Part shown: positions 8,947 through 19,472 of the stretch, piece after piece
Layout of the letters: each line of letters starts with the position of its first letter
Position numbering within the stretch: the first letter of the stretch is position 1
The notes under the pieces: generated by a model
What the model was told of the DNA's origin: nothing
The model's database searches: none
What the model saw: the letters and a program-made list of their open reading frames with translations, nothing else
DNA from: Thermoproteota archaeon
Lineage (GTDB): Archaea; Thermoproteota; Thermoprotei; Gearchaeales; Gearchaeaceae
DNA length: 64,000 nt
Direction of reading: 5' to 3'
Assembly: GCA_032249235.1 (NCBI GenBank)
Contig: JAVVGF010000003.1
Span: forward strand, 19,213-83,212
Made by a program: the position numbers and the translations under genes

Positions 8947-10116
8947 ATGGAAGAACTCTCTAGCCTTACTTCTAAGTTAATTCAATTTCCATCGATAAAT
9001 CCACCAAAAAGTGAAGAAAACATGCGAAATATTGCAGCTTATATAAAGGATTGGTTTAAAGAGAATGGTATAGAAGCTAGGATAAAAGAATATCAAAAAG
9101 GATGGCCTACAGTGATTGCAGAGATAGGAAAGGGAGAGAAAACAGTTTTAATGAATGGTCACTTTGATGTAGTTCCAACAGGAGATGAGAATTCGTGGAA
9201 GAAAAAGCCTTTTGGAGGAGAAATTATTGAAGGGAAAATATTCGGAAGAGGAGCTAGCGATATGAAGAGTGGTGTTGCTCTTGCAATGATACTATTAAGA
9301 GAATTAGCGGATAAAATAAATTATAAGTTAGTATTTACAGGTGTTTCTGATGAAGAAACTGGTGGCTTTAATTGTTCAAAGTTCATTTCACAAGAATACA
9401 ATCCAGACTTAGTTCTAATAACAGAACCTTCTGGCCCTAATTCTATAATAATAGGAGAAAAAGGTCTTTTACAATTAAGATTAAAATCAAAAGGAATCCC
9501 GGCTCATGGTAGTATACCTTCAATGGGTGTTAATGCAATAGAATTATTAATAAAAGACTTGTTAAGCTTAAGCAATATTTCAAAGATTGAGCTGAACATT
9601 TCACAAGAACTGAGACAAATTTTAGAAAATACAATCATTAGGCTAAAAGAAGAGCTTGGAAAAGAACTTAAAGAAGTCAAAGCAATATCCTTCAATATTG
9701 GTTTGATAAAAGGCGGAGTTAAAGTTAATGTAGTAGCAGATTATTGTGAAGCAGAAGTGGATATGCGCATTCCTCCTGGCATAACTTTTGATGAAGCCTA
9801 TGAAAAAGCAAAGTCTTTCATCACTCATAGTTCTGTTGAAATAATACAGAAATCGAATCCAAATTATACTTCGCCAAACAATGAATATGTTCAAAAATTG
9901 AAGATGATAATCGAGAAGAAATTAGCTACGAAAGCTATGGAAATAATAATAACAGGAGCTACAGATGGAAGATATTTCAGGGAAAAAGGAATACCTGTTA
10001 TAATTTATGGTCCTGGAAAGCTTGGACAAGCTCATGTATACGATGAACATGTACTCATTGAAGATTTGAATAAATGTTATGTAGTTCTGAAAGAATTTTT
10101 ATTGAACTTAAATTAA
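8947..10116 (+). CDS. M20 family metallopeptidase/deacylase (ArgE/DapE-like)
   Basis: HFDVVP, GASDMKSG, and the dimerisation lid region typical of M20. Confidence 0.75.
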   Translation: MEELSSLTSKLIQFPSINPPKSEENMRNIAAYIKDWFKENGIEARIKEYQKGWPTVIAEIGKGEKTVLMNGHFDVVPTGDENSWKKKPFGGEIIEGKIFGRGASDMKSGVALAMILLRELADKINYKLVFTGVSDEETGGFNCSKFISQEYNPDLVLITEPSGPNSIIIGEKGLLQLRLKSKGIPAHGSIPSMGVNAIELLIKDLLSLSNISKIELNISQELRQILENTIIRLKEELGKELKEVKAISFNIGLIKGGVKVNVVADYCEAEVDMRIPPGITFDEAYEKAKSFITHSSVEIIQKSNPNYTSPNNEYVQKLKMIIEKKLATKAMEIIITGATDGRYFREKGIPVIIYGPGKLGQAHVYDEHVLIEDLNKCYVVLKEFLLNLN

Positions 10117-10148
10117 ATAATTTTATTCTTGAATGAATATACCAGCAT

Positions 10149-12038
10149 ATGAAAATAAACTATGCTGAATTAGGCTTAAAAGTCGGCTTAGAAGTTCATC
10201 AACAGCTTGAAACTCGCTATAAGTTATTTTGTTCATGCAAAAACATGCTTGAAGATGAAGTAATAGGTGAATTTTCAAGAAAGCTAAGACCTACTAAAAG
10301 TGAGCTAGGCGAATATGATCCTGCTGCACTCATGGAATTTTCGCGTGATAGAACTTATGTTTATCAAATAACTCCTAATACTTCATGCTTAGTTGAACTA
10401 GATGAGGAGCCTCCTCATCCTATAAATCAAGAAGCGGTAGAGATCGCAATTGCATGTGCGTTATTAATGAATAGTAAAATAGTTGATGAAGTTCATGTAA
10501 TGAGGAAAGAAGTGATAGATGGAAGTAATACAACAGGCTTTCAAAGGACAGCAATCGTAGCTCTTGGAGGATACATAATGGATGGCGAAGAAAAGATAGA
10601 TATTCAAACGATAACGCTTGAAGAAGATTCATGTAGAAAAATCAAAGAAGATTCTAAGATGATCGTTTATAGATTAGATAGACAAGGTATTCCTCTTATA
10701 GAAATAGCTACTGCTCCTCGAATTAAAGATCCAGAACAAGCAAGAAGAGTAGCATATAAAATAGGAATGCTCGTATATAGCACAGGGAAGGCAAGAAGAA
10801 GCTTAGGTACTATTAGACAAGATATAAATCTTTCAATTTCTAATGGGGCTAAGACCGAGATAAAAGGCATTCAAGAATTGAGCATGATACCTAAAGTTAT
10901 AGAATATGAAGTAATGAGGCAACTAAAATTGCTTGAATTAAAAGACTTATTAATTTCAAAGAATGTTCCTAAGCCTGAAAAGAAAGTCTATGATATAACA
11001 GATTTATTCAAAAATACTCGTAGCAATTTAATAAGGAAGCATTTGGAAGCATGCGAAATAATCTTGGCATTACCTTTGAAGAAAATGAAAGGTTTGCTTA
11101 AATTTGAAGTTCAGCCGAATAGGAGATTTGCAAGTGAGCTGGCTGATTACGTAAAGGCTTGGACAAAACTTGAAGGTTTAATTCATAGTGATGAATTGCC
11201 TGCTTATGGTATTACTGATTTAGAGGTTAAATCAATATATGAACGTTTGAATCTAGCAGATGAAGATGCCTTCATAATGGTCATTGGTGAAAAAGAAGAA
11301 TGTGATAAAGCTATCGATGTCATAATTGAAAGGATAAACGTAGCATTCGTTAAAGTACCAGAAGAAACGAGGAATGCAATGCCAGATGGAACAACAAGAT
11401 TTGCAAGAATAAGACCTGGTTCTGCAAGGATGTACGTTGAAACAGACATTCCTCCTTTCGTTGTAACGAATAATTTAATAGAAAAGGTTAGATTTAATCT
11501 TCCTTTAAAAATAGAAGATAGAATTGCCGAACTTCAAAGCAAGTATAATTTAAGTTCTCAACTTGCTCAAGAATTAATTGATTCACAATCTGAGCAATTA
11601 TTCGAGAAAATAGTTTCGATAGGAATTAAACCAACTATAGCTGCAACTACTTTAACCCAAACTTTGAAATATTTAAAAAGATCTGGCTTGAATATTGAAA
11701 ATTTAACAGAGAGACATTTTTGGGAAGCTTTCTTAGCAATGAAAGATGGTAAGATAGCTAAAGAATCGATAGAATTAATCTTCTCTGAGTGGATAAAATC
11801 CCCTTCAATGAGTCTTAATGAACTGATTGAAAAACTAGGTCTTAAATTGTTATCAGAAGAAGAACTTAAAAAAGCTATAGAGGTAGTGATATCTGAAAAT
11901 ATCGATAAATTAAAAGAGAATAAAGATAGAATGTTTGAGTTTGCGATGAAAATCGTGATGAGCAAACTTAGAGGTAAAGCTGATTCATCTAAAATAGCAG
12001 AAATCGTAAAAGAAAAGATAAAACAAATAGCAAGTTAA
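10149..12038 (+). CDS. gatE: Glutamyl-tRNA(Gln) amidotransferase subunit E (archaeal GatE)
   Basis: 629 aa. The N-terminus GLEVHQQL, an inserted AspRS-like domain and a C-terminal YqeY-like tail all fit archaeal GatE. Confidence 0.9.
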   Translation: MKINYAELGLKVGLEVHQQLETRYKLFCSCKNMLEDEVIGEFSRKLRPTKSELGEYDPAALMEFSRDRTYVYQITPNTSCLVELDEEPPHPINQEAVEIAIACALLMNSKIVDEVHVMRKEVIDGSNTTGFQRTAIVALGGYIMDGEEKIDIQTITLEEDSCRKIKEDSKMIVYRLDRQGIPLIEIATAPRIKDPEQARRVAYKIGMLVYSTGKARRSLGTIRQDINLSISNGAKTEIKGIQELSMIPKVIEYEVMRQLKLLELKDLLISKNVPKPEKKVYDITDLFKNTRSNLIRKHLEACEIILALPLKKMKGLLKFEVQPNRRFASELADYVKAWTKLEGLIHSDELPAYGITDLEVKSIYERLNLADEDAFIMVIGEKEECDKAIDVIIERINVAFVKVPEETRNAMPDGTTRFARIRPGSARMYVETDIPPFVVTNNLIEKVRFNLPLKIEDRIAELQSKYNLSSQLAQELIDSQSEQLFEKIVSIGIKPTIAATTLTQTLKYLKRSGLNIENLTERHFWEAFLAMKDGKIAKESIELIFSEWIKSPSMSLNELIEKLGLKLLSEEELKKAIEVVISENIDKLKENKDRMFEFAMKIVMSKLRGKADSSKIAEIVKEKIKQIAS

Positions 12039-12048
12039 TTAGTTCGAA

Positions 12049-12423
12049 TTGCTCAATAATATTATGAGTATTTCAATAAAAATTAAAAGAGTATATGATA
12101 AATATGAAGAAAGCGACGGTTTCAGAATTCTTGTAGATCGCTTATGGCCTAGAGGATTGAAGAAAAAGGAAGCTAAAGTTGACTTATGGTTTAAAGAAAT
12201 TGCACCTACTGATGAGCTGAGAAAATGGTTTGCGCACGATCCTTCAAAATGGGATGAATTCAAAAAGAAGTATGAAGAAGAAATAAAGAAAAATGAAAAT
12301 TTAAATAAATTAATAAAAATAATAATTGAGAAAAAGAATGTGACATTATTATATTCAGCAAAGGATAGAGAGCATAACAATGCTGTGGTTTTAAAAAGCA
12401 TATTAGAAGCGATTATAAAATAA
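12049..12423 (+). CDS. DUF488 family protein
   Basis: A small basic protein with the conserved RLWPRG and WFKE...LRKWF motifs of DUF488. Confidence 0.6.
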   Translation: MLNNIMSISIKIKRVYDKYEESDGFRILVDRLWPRGLKKKEAKVDLWFKEIAPTDELRKWFAHDPSKWDEFKKKYEEEIKKNENLNKLIKIIIEKKNVTLLYSAKDREHNNAVVLKSILEAIIK

Positions 12424-12496
12424 TAATATATATTTTTATATAGGCTTATATAAATAAATACAAATACTTTTAAAGAGATTTTCTTACATATTATTT

Positions 12497-13477
12497 ATGA
12501 AATCTGTAAAGATCTTTTTAATTTTCTTAATAGCTATGCTCTTATCTATTAATTTTACATATTTAAGCGCACATGTTGAAGAAGAACAACTACACTATTC
12601 GCAGGTTTATACTTTCGATATAGGAAAAGGATATGTTTTAGCTATAATCCTAGAAAATTATCTTCCTCCAATTCTTCCTCCAAACAATTCTGTTAATGCC
12701 ACTTTTGCAGTTTATAATCATACATATTCTCCTGATTCTGAGCCTGTAATGCATGTGACATACAATGTAACTGTTTTAGATTCAAATAATCAAATCCTTA
12801 ATATTTTAGGAACGAATCAGCAAATTCACTCAATGAATGGACCTTTCTCATTGGTTGTGAGTTTTCCTGGCAAAGGAATTTATAATTTAAATATTGAAGT
12901 GGTTTCCATTGGCATGGCTTCAATGGGAGAATTAATTAAAGGTTTTTCAAAAGTAAGTCTTCCTTTATATATTGGCATTGAGCCGCCTAATACAAAAGTA
13001 TTCATCGCTGAAGTAGGACATGGTTCAAGAATCCTCCTTGAAATATATCCTTATAATTCTCAAAATCCTTCTTTAAATACTACAATACTTATTGCGCTAT
13101 TCAACGGTACAGGAGAAGAAACTCATCTTGTTCACCATGTTACTTATTCAATTACCATTAAAGATTCTAGTGGAACAATAATTAGCAGCGTCACAAATGT
13201 TCATTATGACACGGGAGTTTACAAAGCTTTGTTTACTTTTCCTAAATATGGTAATTACACTGTTGAAATACAAGTAGTATCAGTAGGACATCCTGATATA
13301 GGTGTAATAACGGGCTTTTCAAAAGCTACTTTTCTCGTAGATTTGTCATATAAGCCTGGCTCTAATAACCCGCAACAAGGAATTGATTACTTTTTGCTAT
13401 CTCTTATAATAATCGTAGTAATAGCTATCGTTGCAGTTTTTCTAGTAATTTGGAGGCGTTCATTCAAAAAAGCATGA
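12497..13477 (+). CDS. Secreted, C-terminally membrane-anchored surface protein with two internal Ig-like repeat units
   Basis: N-terminal signal/TM segment. An internal duplicated segment of about 90 aa (…YNLNIEVVSIGMASMGELIKGFSK… versus …YTVEIQVVSVGHPDIGVITGFSK…). A C-terminal TM helix is followed by the basic tail WRRSFKKA, as in archaeal surface proteins. Confidence 0.5.
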   Translation: MKSVKIFLIFLIAMLLSINFTYLSAHVEEEQLHYSQVYTFDIGKGYVLAIILENYLPPILPPNNSVNATFAVYNHTYSPDSEPVMHVTYNVTVLDSNNQILNILGTNQQIHSMNGPFSLVVSFPGKGIYNLNIEVVSIGMASMGELIKGFSKVSLPLYIGIEPPNTKVFIAEVGHGSRILLEIYPYNSQNPSLNTTILIALFNGTGEETHLVHHVTYSITIKDSSGTIISSVTNVHYDTGVYKALFTFPKYGNYTVEIQVVSVGHPDIGVITGFSKATFLVDLSYKPGSNNPQQGIDYFLLSLIIIVVIAIVAVFLVIWRRSFKKA

Positions 13478-14944
13478 GCCAAATCTTTCTCTTAGTTCTA
13501 AACAAATCTCATCTAAACTCTGTTCTATAATATCTATTTTTTCTTTGATTTCTTTAACTTCATCGATTTTTCGCTTTATCTTTTCATAAATCCACCTTAA
13601 GTTTCCTCCATTATGTTCATAATCTAAGAATTTACCTGCTTCAATGCAACAAAATAATTCTATTGAAATGATTTTCCTCAAACTTTTAATTGATCTCTTA
13701 AGTAAGCTAACAGCATTTCCTGACATGCTTACAAAGTCCTCTTGATCTGCACTTACTGGTATTGACATAACGCATGAAGGCGTAGCTAGCATTCTCAATT
13801 CATTGACGTAATATGCTGCAAGATATTGGCAAAGCATTAAGCCAGTTGTTCTATTATTAGAAAGGAAAGCAGGTAATCCCCTATTAAGATTAGGATTTAA
13901 AAGCCGATTTATTCTTCTTTCTATCATACTAGCCCATGAAGCAATAGCTATTCTAAGCATATCTGCACAAAAAGCAAGCAGTTCAGCATGAAAGTTGCCT
14001 GCATAAAGAATTCTTTTGTTTTCTAAATCAACAACAGGATTTCCAGAAAATGAATTCATTTCTCTTATCAAACAGTAATCAACGATATCGATGACATGTC
14101 TTATTGCACCGTAAACTTGAGGTATGCAACGAATAGAATAAGCTTCTTGCAAGTTTTTTGAAGTGTTTATTAGTTTGCTTTCTTTTAGCAAATTAGATAT
14201 GTACTCGCCTACAATGATTTGATCATGGTGTTTCTTTACGTTTAGCGCATTTGTTTCTAAATGTACTGTATTAGATCTCAATACTTCTGTAGCTAGCGCT
14301 GCAATTGCACATGAGAGATCGAAAAGCTTCATCAATTCAACATTGCAATAAGCTAGAGCTGCACATGTATATGCAGTTGAATTTATTAAAGCTATTGCAT
14401 CTCCAACTTTAAGTTCTGGTTCGCCTATTATTTTGAATACTTCCTTTGAACTAACAACCTTATCTTTTAATTCTACCTTTCCTTCAATTAATGATAAAAC
14501 GAGATTAGCTAATGGAATCAGATCACCGCTTGCACCTAAACTTCCTTCATAATGAAATATAGGGTAAGCGCCTGTATTGAAAAAATTTACTAAAAAATTG
14601 AAAGTTTCTAAAGAAATGGTACTTCTGCCTGTAGCGAGTTGATTGATAAGTATTAGCAAAGTTGCTCTTGCAATTTCTTTTTCTTCAACTTCTCCTTTGC
14701 TTACTGCATGATCCTTGATTAGTTCTAATTCGTTTTCTTCTCTTTTTTCATGTAATAATGCTCCTACTTTAGTATTGACACCGTAAATCAATTCACCTTT
14801 ATTTAGTTTCTCTTCAACAATTTCTCTGCTATGTTTTATTTTGCGCAAAGCCTCTTCAGCTATTTCAATTTTTAAATTGTTCTTTATACAGCGATGCAAT
14901 TTCAAAGGAGTAAGATCACTACCAGTAACCTTTATGCTTTCCAT
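13460..14944 (-). CDS. MIO-dependent aromatic amino acid ammonia-lyase (HAL/PAL/TAL family)
   Basis: The GSLGASGDLIPLA MIO-forming triad is present. The sequence diverges from canonical HAL at positions that are usually conserved (YGVNTKVG instead of NTGFG, DHAVSKG instead of SHAAGVG). Confidence 0.75.
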   Translation of the reverse strand: MESIKVTGSDLTPLKLHRCIKNNLKIEIAEEALRKIKHSREIVEEKLNKGELIYGVNTKVGALLHEKREENELELIKDHAVSKGEVEEKEIARATLLILINQLATGRSTISLETFNFLVNFFNTGAYPIFHYEGSLGASGDLIPLANLVLSLIEGKVELKDKVVSSKEVFKIIGEPELKVGDAIALINSTAYTCAALAYCNVELMKLFDLSCAIAALATEVLRSNTVHLETNALNVKKHHDQIIVGEYISNLLKESKLINTSKNLQEAYSIRCIPQVYGAIRHVIDIVDYCLIREMNSFSGNPVVDLENKRILYAGNFHAELLAFCADMLRIAIASWASMIERRINRLLNPNLNRGLPAFLSNNRTTGLMLCQYLAAYYVNELRMLATPSCVMSIPVSADQEDFVSMSGNAVSLLKRSIKSLRKIISIELFCCIEAGKFLDYEHNGGNLRWIYEKIKRKIDEVKEIKEKIDIIEQSLDEICLELRERFGSCFFE

Positions 14945-14982
14945 ATAAAAAAGAGAAATTAGAGCTTAATAACTTGAGAACT

Positions 14983-16341
14983 TTATCTTAAGAAGTACTT
15001 TTCTTGTTCTTTAATGTATTCCACGCTTTCTTTAGTACTTATGAACAATTTTTTAATGTATTCCACGTCTTCTCTTTCTACCCTGCTTCTTCCCATTTCT
15101 CTAGCTCTTATTAATGCAGGTGAAAGTAATTGAACCGCATATCTTAAGCTATACTCAACTCCTATTTTAGTAAGAGTTTCCAAAGCCTCTTCACTTAAAT
15201 CAACTTTTTCTTCTCTTGCCCTTATCTTGATTATTTCTTTTATTTCTTGTTCATTATAAAATCTCGTCTTTATTATTATCAGCCTATCGAGCATATCTAG
15301 AGGTATTCCATGTGGAGATTCGATATCTGTTCCTCTTATTTTTGTGAATCCACGATTTGTTGCGAAGATCATAATTGGAGTTAGTTCGCTTTCCATTGCT
15401 CTAATCAAGAATGCCCATGTTTCGATATCTAACATATGTGCATCATCAATGAATATGACGCCTGGAATTAGTTCACCTTTTCCTTCATTAACTGTTTTAG
15501 TTATGAATTCATCGACTGCTTTTCTGACCTCGATTGGTATTTCTTTTTCTTCACCAGCAGTTCCGAACATCAACATGCTTATTAAACCTTGTTGTCTTGC
15601 ATTTATTACATCAAGATCATGACATGTAAAATATCTTGTAATTTCCTTATCCTTATATACAGGTCCGCTAGGAACTTCAAGTTTCTTCCTAACATATATA
15701 TCATAAGTTTCGCCTCCTTCTTCTTCAGTTTTACCTTGAACAAATACACGTCCTGTTTCTTCATCAATCCATATTACATCGCCTACTTCAACGTTGCTTT
15801 CAGCTAATTGTTGAGCAATTTCCTGTGGAACACGTAAAGTCTTTTCTTCTTGTTTAGTTCTTAAAGTAATTGTAGCTGCTACAGGAATTTGAGCATAAGG
15901 ATTGTATGGATGCCTTCCGAATCTATAATCTATTTTTCTAACAACGCCTTCATATACCTTCCTAACTTCTTTTATTCTAACTCCTACTCCTCTTCTTAAT
16001 GCTCTTGTTAAGAATTCAGTTTTCTTAATCTCTAAGCTGAATATCTCTGCCGCAGATAAATGAACAAATGGTGTATCGTAACCTAATTCTCTAGCTATAC
16101 CTATTGCTAGAGCTGTTTTACCTGTGCCAGAAGGACCAACAAATAAAACTCCCTTTCCTCCAAATCTTCCTTCTTTTATAAGCCTTGTTACATAATATGC
16201 TGCCTCTCTTGCTTCTACTTGTCCAACAAATCCATCTGCTGCAAACTGAACTTTACCATCTCTAACTCCTAAACCTTTAATGTGACTATGCAATGAAACT
16301 CTCTCGAATCTAGGCTTAACCTCTTCAATTTTAAAACTCAT
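14983..16341 (-). CDS. TIP49/RuvB-like AAA+ ATPase
   Basis: Walker A GPSGTGKTALA, an inserted OB-like domain II, Walker B FIDDAH, and an overall length of 452 aa typical of archaeal TIP49. Confidence 0.8.
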   Translation of the reverse strand: MSFKIEEVKPRFERVSLHSHIKGLGVRDGKVQFAADGFVGQVEAREAAYYVTRLIKEGRFGGKGVLFVGPSGTGKTALAIGIARELGYDTPFVHLSAAEIFSLEIKKTEFLTRALRRGVGVRIKEVRKVYEGVVRKIDYRFGRHPYNPYAQIPVAATITLRTKQEEKTLRVPQEIAQQLAESNVEVGDVIWIDEETGRVFVQGKTEEEGGETYDIYVRKKLEVPSGPVYKDKEITRYFTCHDLDVINARQQGLISMLMFGTAGEEKEIPIEVRKAVDEFITKTVNEGKGELIPGVIFIDDAHMLDIETWAFLIRAMESELTPIMIFATNRGFTKIRGTDIESPHGIPLDMLDRLIIIKTRFYNEQEIKEIIKIRAREEKVDLSEEALETLTKIGVEYSLRYAVQLLSPALIRAREMGRSRVEREDVEYIKKLFISTKESVEYIKEQEKYFLR

Positions 16342-16424
16342 AAATTATTTAATTGATTGAGTAGATTATAAAAATTTTATCGATATCTACATCCTTTTAT
16401 ATTAATTCCTAGATTCGAATAATT

Positions 16425-17510
16425 GTGGAAAAATCTGCGACAATTGATTTACCACTTCATGATGGTCATGCTCCTAAATGGTTAGTTGAGATGATGAAAG
16501 ATTTAGCATATGAAATAAGCTACATTATAATTAATGAATACGGAACCGAGGAATTCTTGCTTAGAATTTCAGATCCTTTGTGGTTTCAGTCACTAGGTTG
16601 TGTTTTAGGCTATGATTGGCATTCATCAGGTGTTACAACAGTTGTTACAGGTGTTTTGAAAACTGTTTTGAATAATGAAGATTTGGGAATAATCGTTGCA
16701 GGAGGCAAAGGGGCAGTTTCGAAAAAAGCTCCAGATGAAATATTAGAATATTCCAAGAAGATAAATCTCGATAATCCTGAAAGATATGTTAAAATAAGTA
16801 AAATTGTAGCAAAGGTAGATAATACTTTGATTCAATCAGGCCATAATCTTTATCATCATACAATTTTCATCGATGAAAAAGGTAATTGGGCTGTAATACA
16901 ACAAGGTATGAATGTAGAAGAATTGAAGGCAAGAAGATATCATTGGTTATCGAAGGATTTGAAAAGTTTTGTTAACGAACCCCATAAAGCAATCATAGGA
17001 GAACCTGTAAAGCAAAAGGTTTTGAATATGGTTGCTAAAGAAAGTGAAGAGTGCAGGAAAGTTTGTTTAGATATCGTCAATGAAAATCCTATTAAGCTAA
17101 AAAGGATGATTAAAGAAAGCATGCGCGGGCCTTTAGACAGATGGATTTTAGGCGAAGAAATAAAGCATTACGAAATGCCTTGGGATATAAATTGGAAGAT
17201 GATGGAGAAATTATATGAATTTAAGCCAAAGAAATTTGAAGAATTGATCGAATTACAAGGTGTGGGGCCTAGGACGATAAGAGCACTTGCTCTTGTATCT
17301 GAAATAATTTTTGGTACTCCTGCAAGTTGGAGAGATCCTGTAAAATTTAGCTTTGCACATGGAGGAAAAGATGGAGTTCCTTATCCTGTTGATAAAAAAG
17401 TTTATAGGCAAACTATTGAAATATTCAAAGATGCAATTATTAGATCTAAATTGAATAAAGATTCAAAGATGCTAGCTTTAAAAAGATTATCTAAAATTGA
17501 TATATTTTAG
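16425..17510 (+). CDS. DUF763 family protein
   Basis: About 360 aa with a conserved archaeal DUF763-like N-terminus. It is transcribed divergently from the TIP49 gene. Confidence 0.45.
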   Translation: MEKSATIDLPLHDGHAPKWLVEMMKDLAYEISYIIINEYGTEEFLLRISDPLWFQSLGCVLGYDWHSSGVTTVVTGVLKTVLNNEDLGIIVAGGKGAVSKKAPDEILEYSKKINLDNPERYVKISKIVAKVDNTLIQSGHNLYHHTIFIDEKGNWAVIQQGMNVEELKARRYHWLSKDLKSFVNEPHKAIIGEPVKQKVLNMVAKESEECRKVCLDIVNENPIKLKRMIKESMRGPLDRWILGEEIKHYEMPWDINWKMMEKLYEFKPKKFEELIELQGVGPRTIRALALVSEIIFGTPASWRDPVKFSFAHGGKDGVPYPVDKKVYRQTIEIFKDAIIRSKLNKDSKMLALKRLSKIDIF

Positions 17511-17574
17511 TTATATAGATAGCCTAATAAATTAATATGATTGCAAATATATATTAAGTATTTTAAATATACAT

Positions 17575-18783
17575 ATGTTTCCCTATACCAGTTCATTGGA
17601 TTTCAAAATAGAAATACCTGAAGAGGTTGAAGCATTCAGAAATACAATAAAAGAATTTGCAGAAAAGTATCTCGCTCCGATCGTTAACAAAGTTGAAGAA
17701 ACAAATGAGATAGATGAGGAAGTATTTCGAAAAGCAGTTGAATTGGGTTTAACTGGAGTAGCTATTCCTGAAGAATATGGAGGGCAAGGAGGAGGTTCAT
17801 TAATGATAGCAGTAATGATCGAAGAAATTTCAAAATATTTGCCTGCCTTTGCAACTGCTATTGCTGTCAATCATTTATTCGCTTATCCTATACTTGCTTT
17901 TGGAAGTGAACAACAAAAAAGAAAATATATACCTAAAATAGCTAAAGGAGAAGCTTTTGCTGCTCATGCTAATACAGAACCTGGAGCAGGTAGCGATGTT
18001 GCTGGAATACAAACAACAGCAAGAAAAGAAGGAGATAAATGGATAATAAATGGAAGGAAAATGTTCATAACAGGCGCAAATAGAGCAGATTATCTAGTTG
18101 TTTCAGCTAGAACCAGTCCGCCTCCTTCTAGAAAAGAAAGATGGAAAGGAATATCCTTATTTATAGTTGAGAAAGGAATGCCAGGATTGAAAATATCATC
18201 AAGAATAAACACGATGGGTCTTAGAGGAGAACAACCATATGAAGTAATATTAGATAATGTAGAAGTACCTGCAGAGAACATTGTAGGTGAAGAGGGTAAT
18301 GCTTTCAAGGCTATAGTTTCTACATATGATCATGGAAGAATAGGAATTGCTGCACAAGCCGTTGGAATCATTCAAGGTCTTTTAGAAAGATCGCTAGATT
18401 ATTCTGCAATGAGAAATGCTTTTGAAAGGCCAATTTTAAGCTTTGAAGCGGTAGCTTTTAAAATTGCAGACATATTAATAAGTTTAGAAGCTGCCAGGCT
18501 GTTGACATATTGGGCTGCAACTTTAATGGATAAAGGTAGCAAAGATGCTATATTAGCTGCTTCAATTGCAAAGACATTCGCTACAGAAGCTGCAGAAAAG
18601 GCTTCAATTTATGCAATAAAAATACATGGCGGTTATGGTGTTGTAAGAGAAACTGGAATAGAACGTTTTCTAAGAGATACGATAATTACAGAAATATATG
18701 AAGGTACTAATGATATTCAAAGATTAACAATTATAAGAAGTCTAGTTAAGAAGAGATTCGGTATTAGTCCTGATCTTACATGA
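17575..18783 (+). CDS. Acyl-CoA dehydrogenase
   Basis: ACAD N-, middle- and C-terminal domain signatures, including EPGAGSD and YEGTNDIQ. Confidence 0.85.
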   Translation: MFPYTSSLDFKIEIPEEVEAFRNTIKEFAEKYLAPIVNKVEETNEIDEEVFRKAVELGLTGVAIPEEYGGQGGGSLMIAVMIEEISKYLPAFATAIAVNHLFAYPILAFGSEQQKRKYIPKIAKGEAFAAHANTEPGAGSDVAGIQTTARKEGDKWIINGRKMFITGANRADYLVVSARTSPPPSRKERWKGISLFIVEKGMPGLKISSRINTMGLRGEQPYEVILDNVEVPAENIVGEEGNAFKAIVSTYDHGRIGIAAQAVGIIQGLLERSLDYSAMRNAFERPILSFEAVAFKIADILISLEAARLLTYWAATLMDKGSKDAILAASIAKTFATEAAEKASIYAIKIHGGYGVVRETGIERFLRDTIITEIYEGTNDIQRLTIIRSLVKKRFGISPDLT

Positions 18784-19472
18784 ATAAAATATGGCTTATA
18801 ATTTTAATTCCTATTTTTTCTTTATTAATAGTTAGTTTAATATACAATTTAGATCTGCTCTCTTCATCTACTACAAATATAACTATAATACCTAAAAACA
18901 CCACTACAAGTAATGTTCCAACAAATACCTCGCCTATTACGTTTTCGAATATAACTTTCACAAATACATCAACTAAACAACCTAATAAATCAATTTTTAA
19001 TATAAAAATAAATTTTGGGATATTGAGCGACTTATTGTATATTGCGATAATTAGTCTTGCATTTTTTGCATTATTTGTTTTATTCTATTCCTCTTCAGGA
19101 AAACCTACTTTTAGATTTAAGATGACCAAGACTTATGAAGAACCTTCCATTGAATCTTTTAAGAAAATATTTCAAGAAGAATTAATTAAATTTGAATCGA
19201 GCTATAAGACTTATTCAAATCCTATTTTGGAGCTTTATAAAAGAATATGCGAGTTTCTTGAAAAAAGAGGCGTTGAAAATGCACCGCATCTTACTGCAAG
19301 GGAATTTGCTGAAGAAGTTACCAAAATATTAGGCTTTGAATCAAGAAACTTTTATGAACTGACTAAGCTTTTTGAAGAAGCTAGATATAGCTCACATAAA
19401 ATAAGTGAGGAAGAAGTCGAATTTGCAAGAAAACTCATTAAAGAAATTATTAATGAAATAGAAAGTAGATGA
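18780..19472 (+). CDS. Membrane protein with a C-terminal DUF4129-like domain
   Basis: N-terminal TM segment, a low-complexity T/N-rich linker, a second TM segment, and a C-terminal region (HLTAREFAEEV…EEARYS) resembling DUF4129, which is found in MoxR/DUF58 operons. Confidence 0.45.
   Translation: MNKIWLIILIPIFSLLIVSLIYNLDLLSSSTTNITIIPKNTTTSNVPTNTSPITFSNITFTNTSTKQPNKSIFNIKINFGILSDLLYIAIISLAFFALFVLFYSSSGKPTFRFKMTKTYEEPSIESFKKIFQEELIKFESSYKTYSNPILELYKRICEFLEKRGVENAPHLTAREFAEEVTKILGFESRNFYELTKLFEEARYSSHKISEEEVEFARKLIKEIINEIESR

Noticed and set aside
14983-17510. Possible functional linkage of TIP49 and the divergently transcribed DUF763 gene
   Set aside because: The only link is a shared 84-bp divergent intergenic region. 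There are no overlapping reading frames and no known association, so this is insufficient to propose a system.
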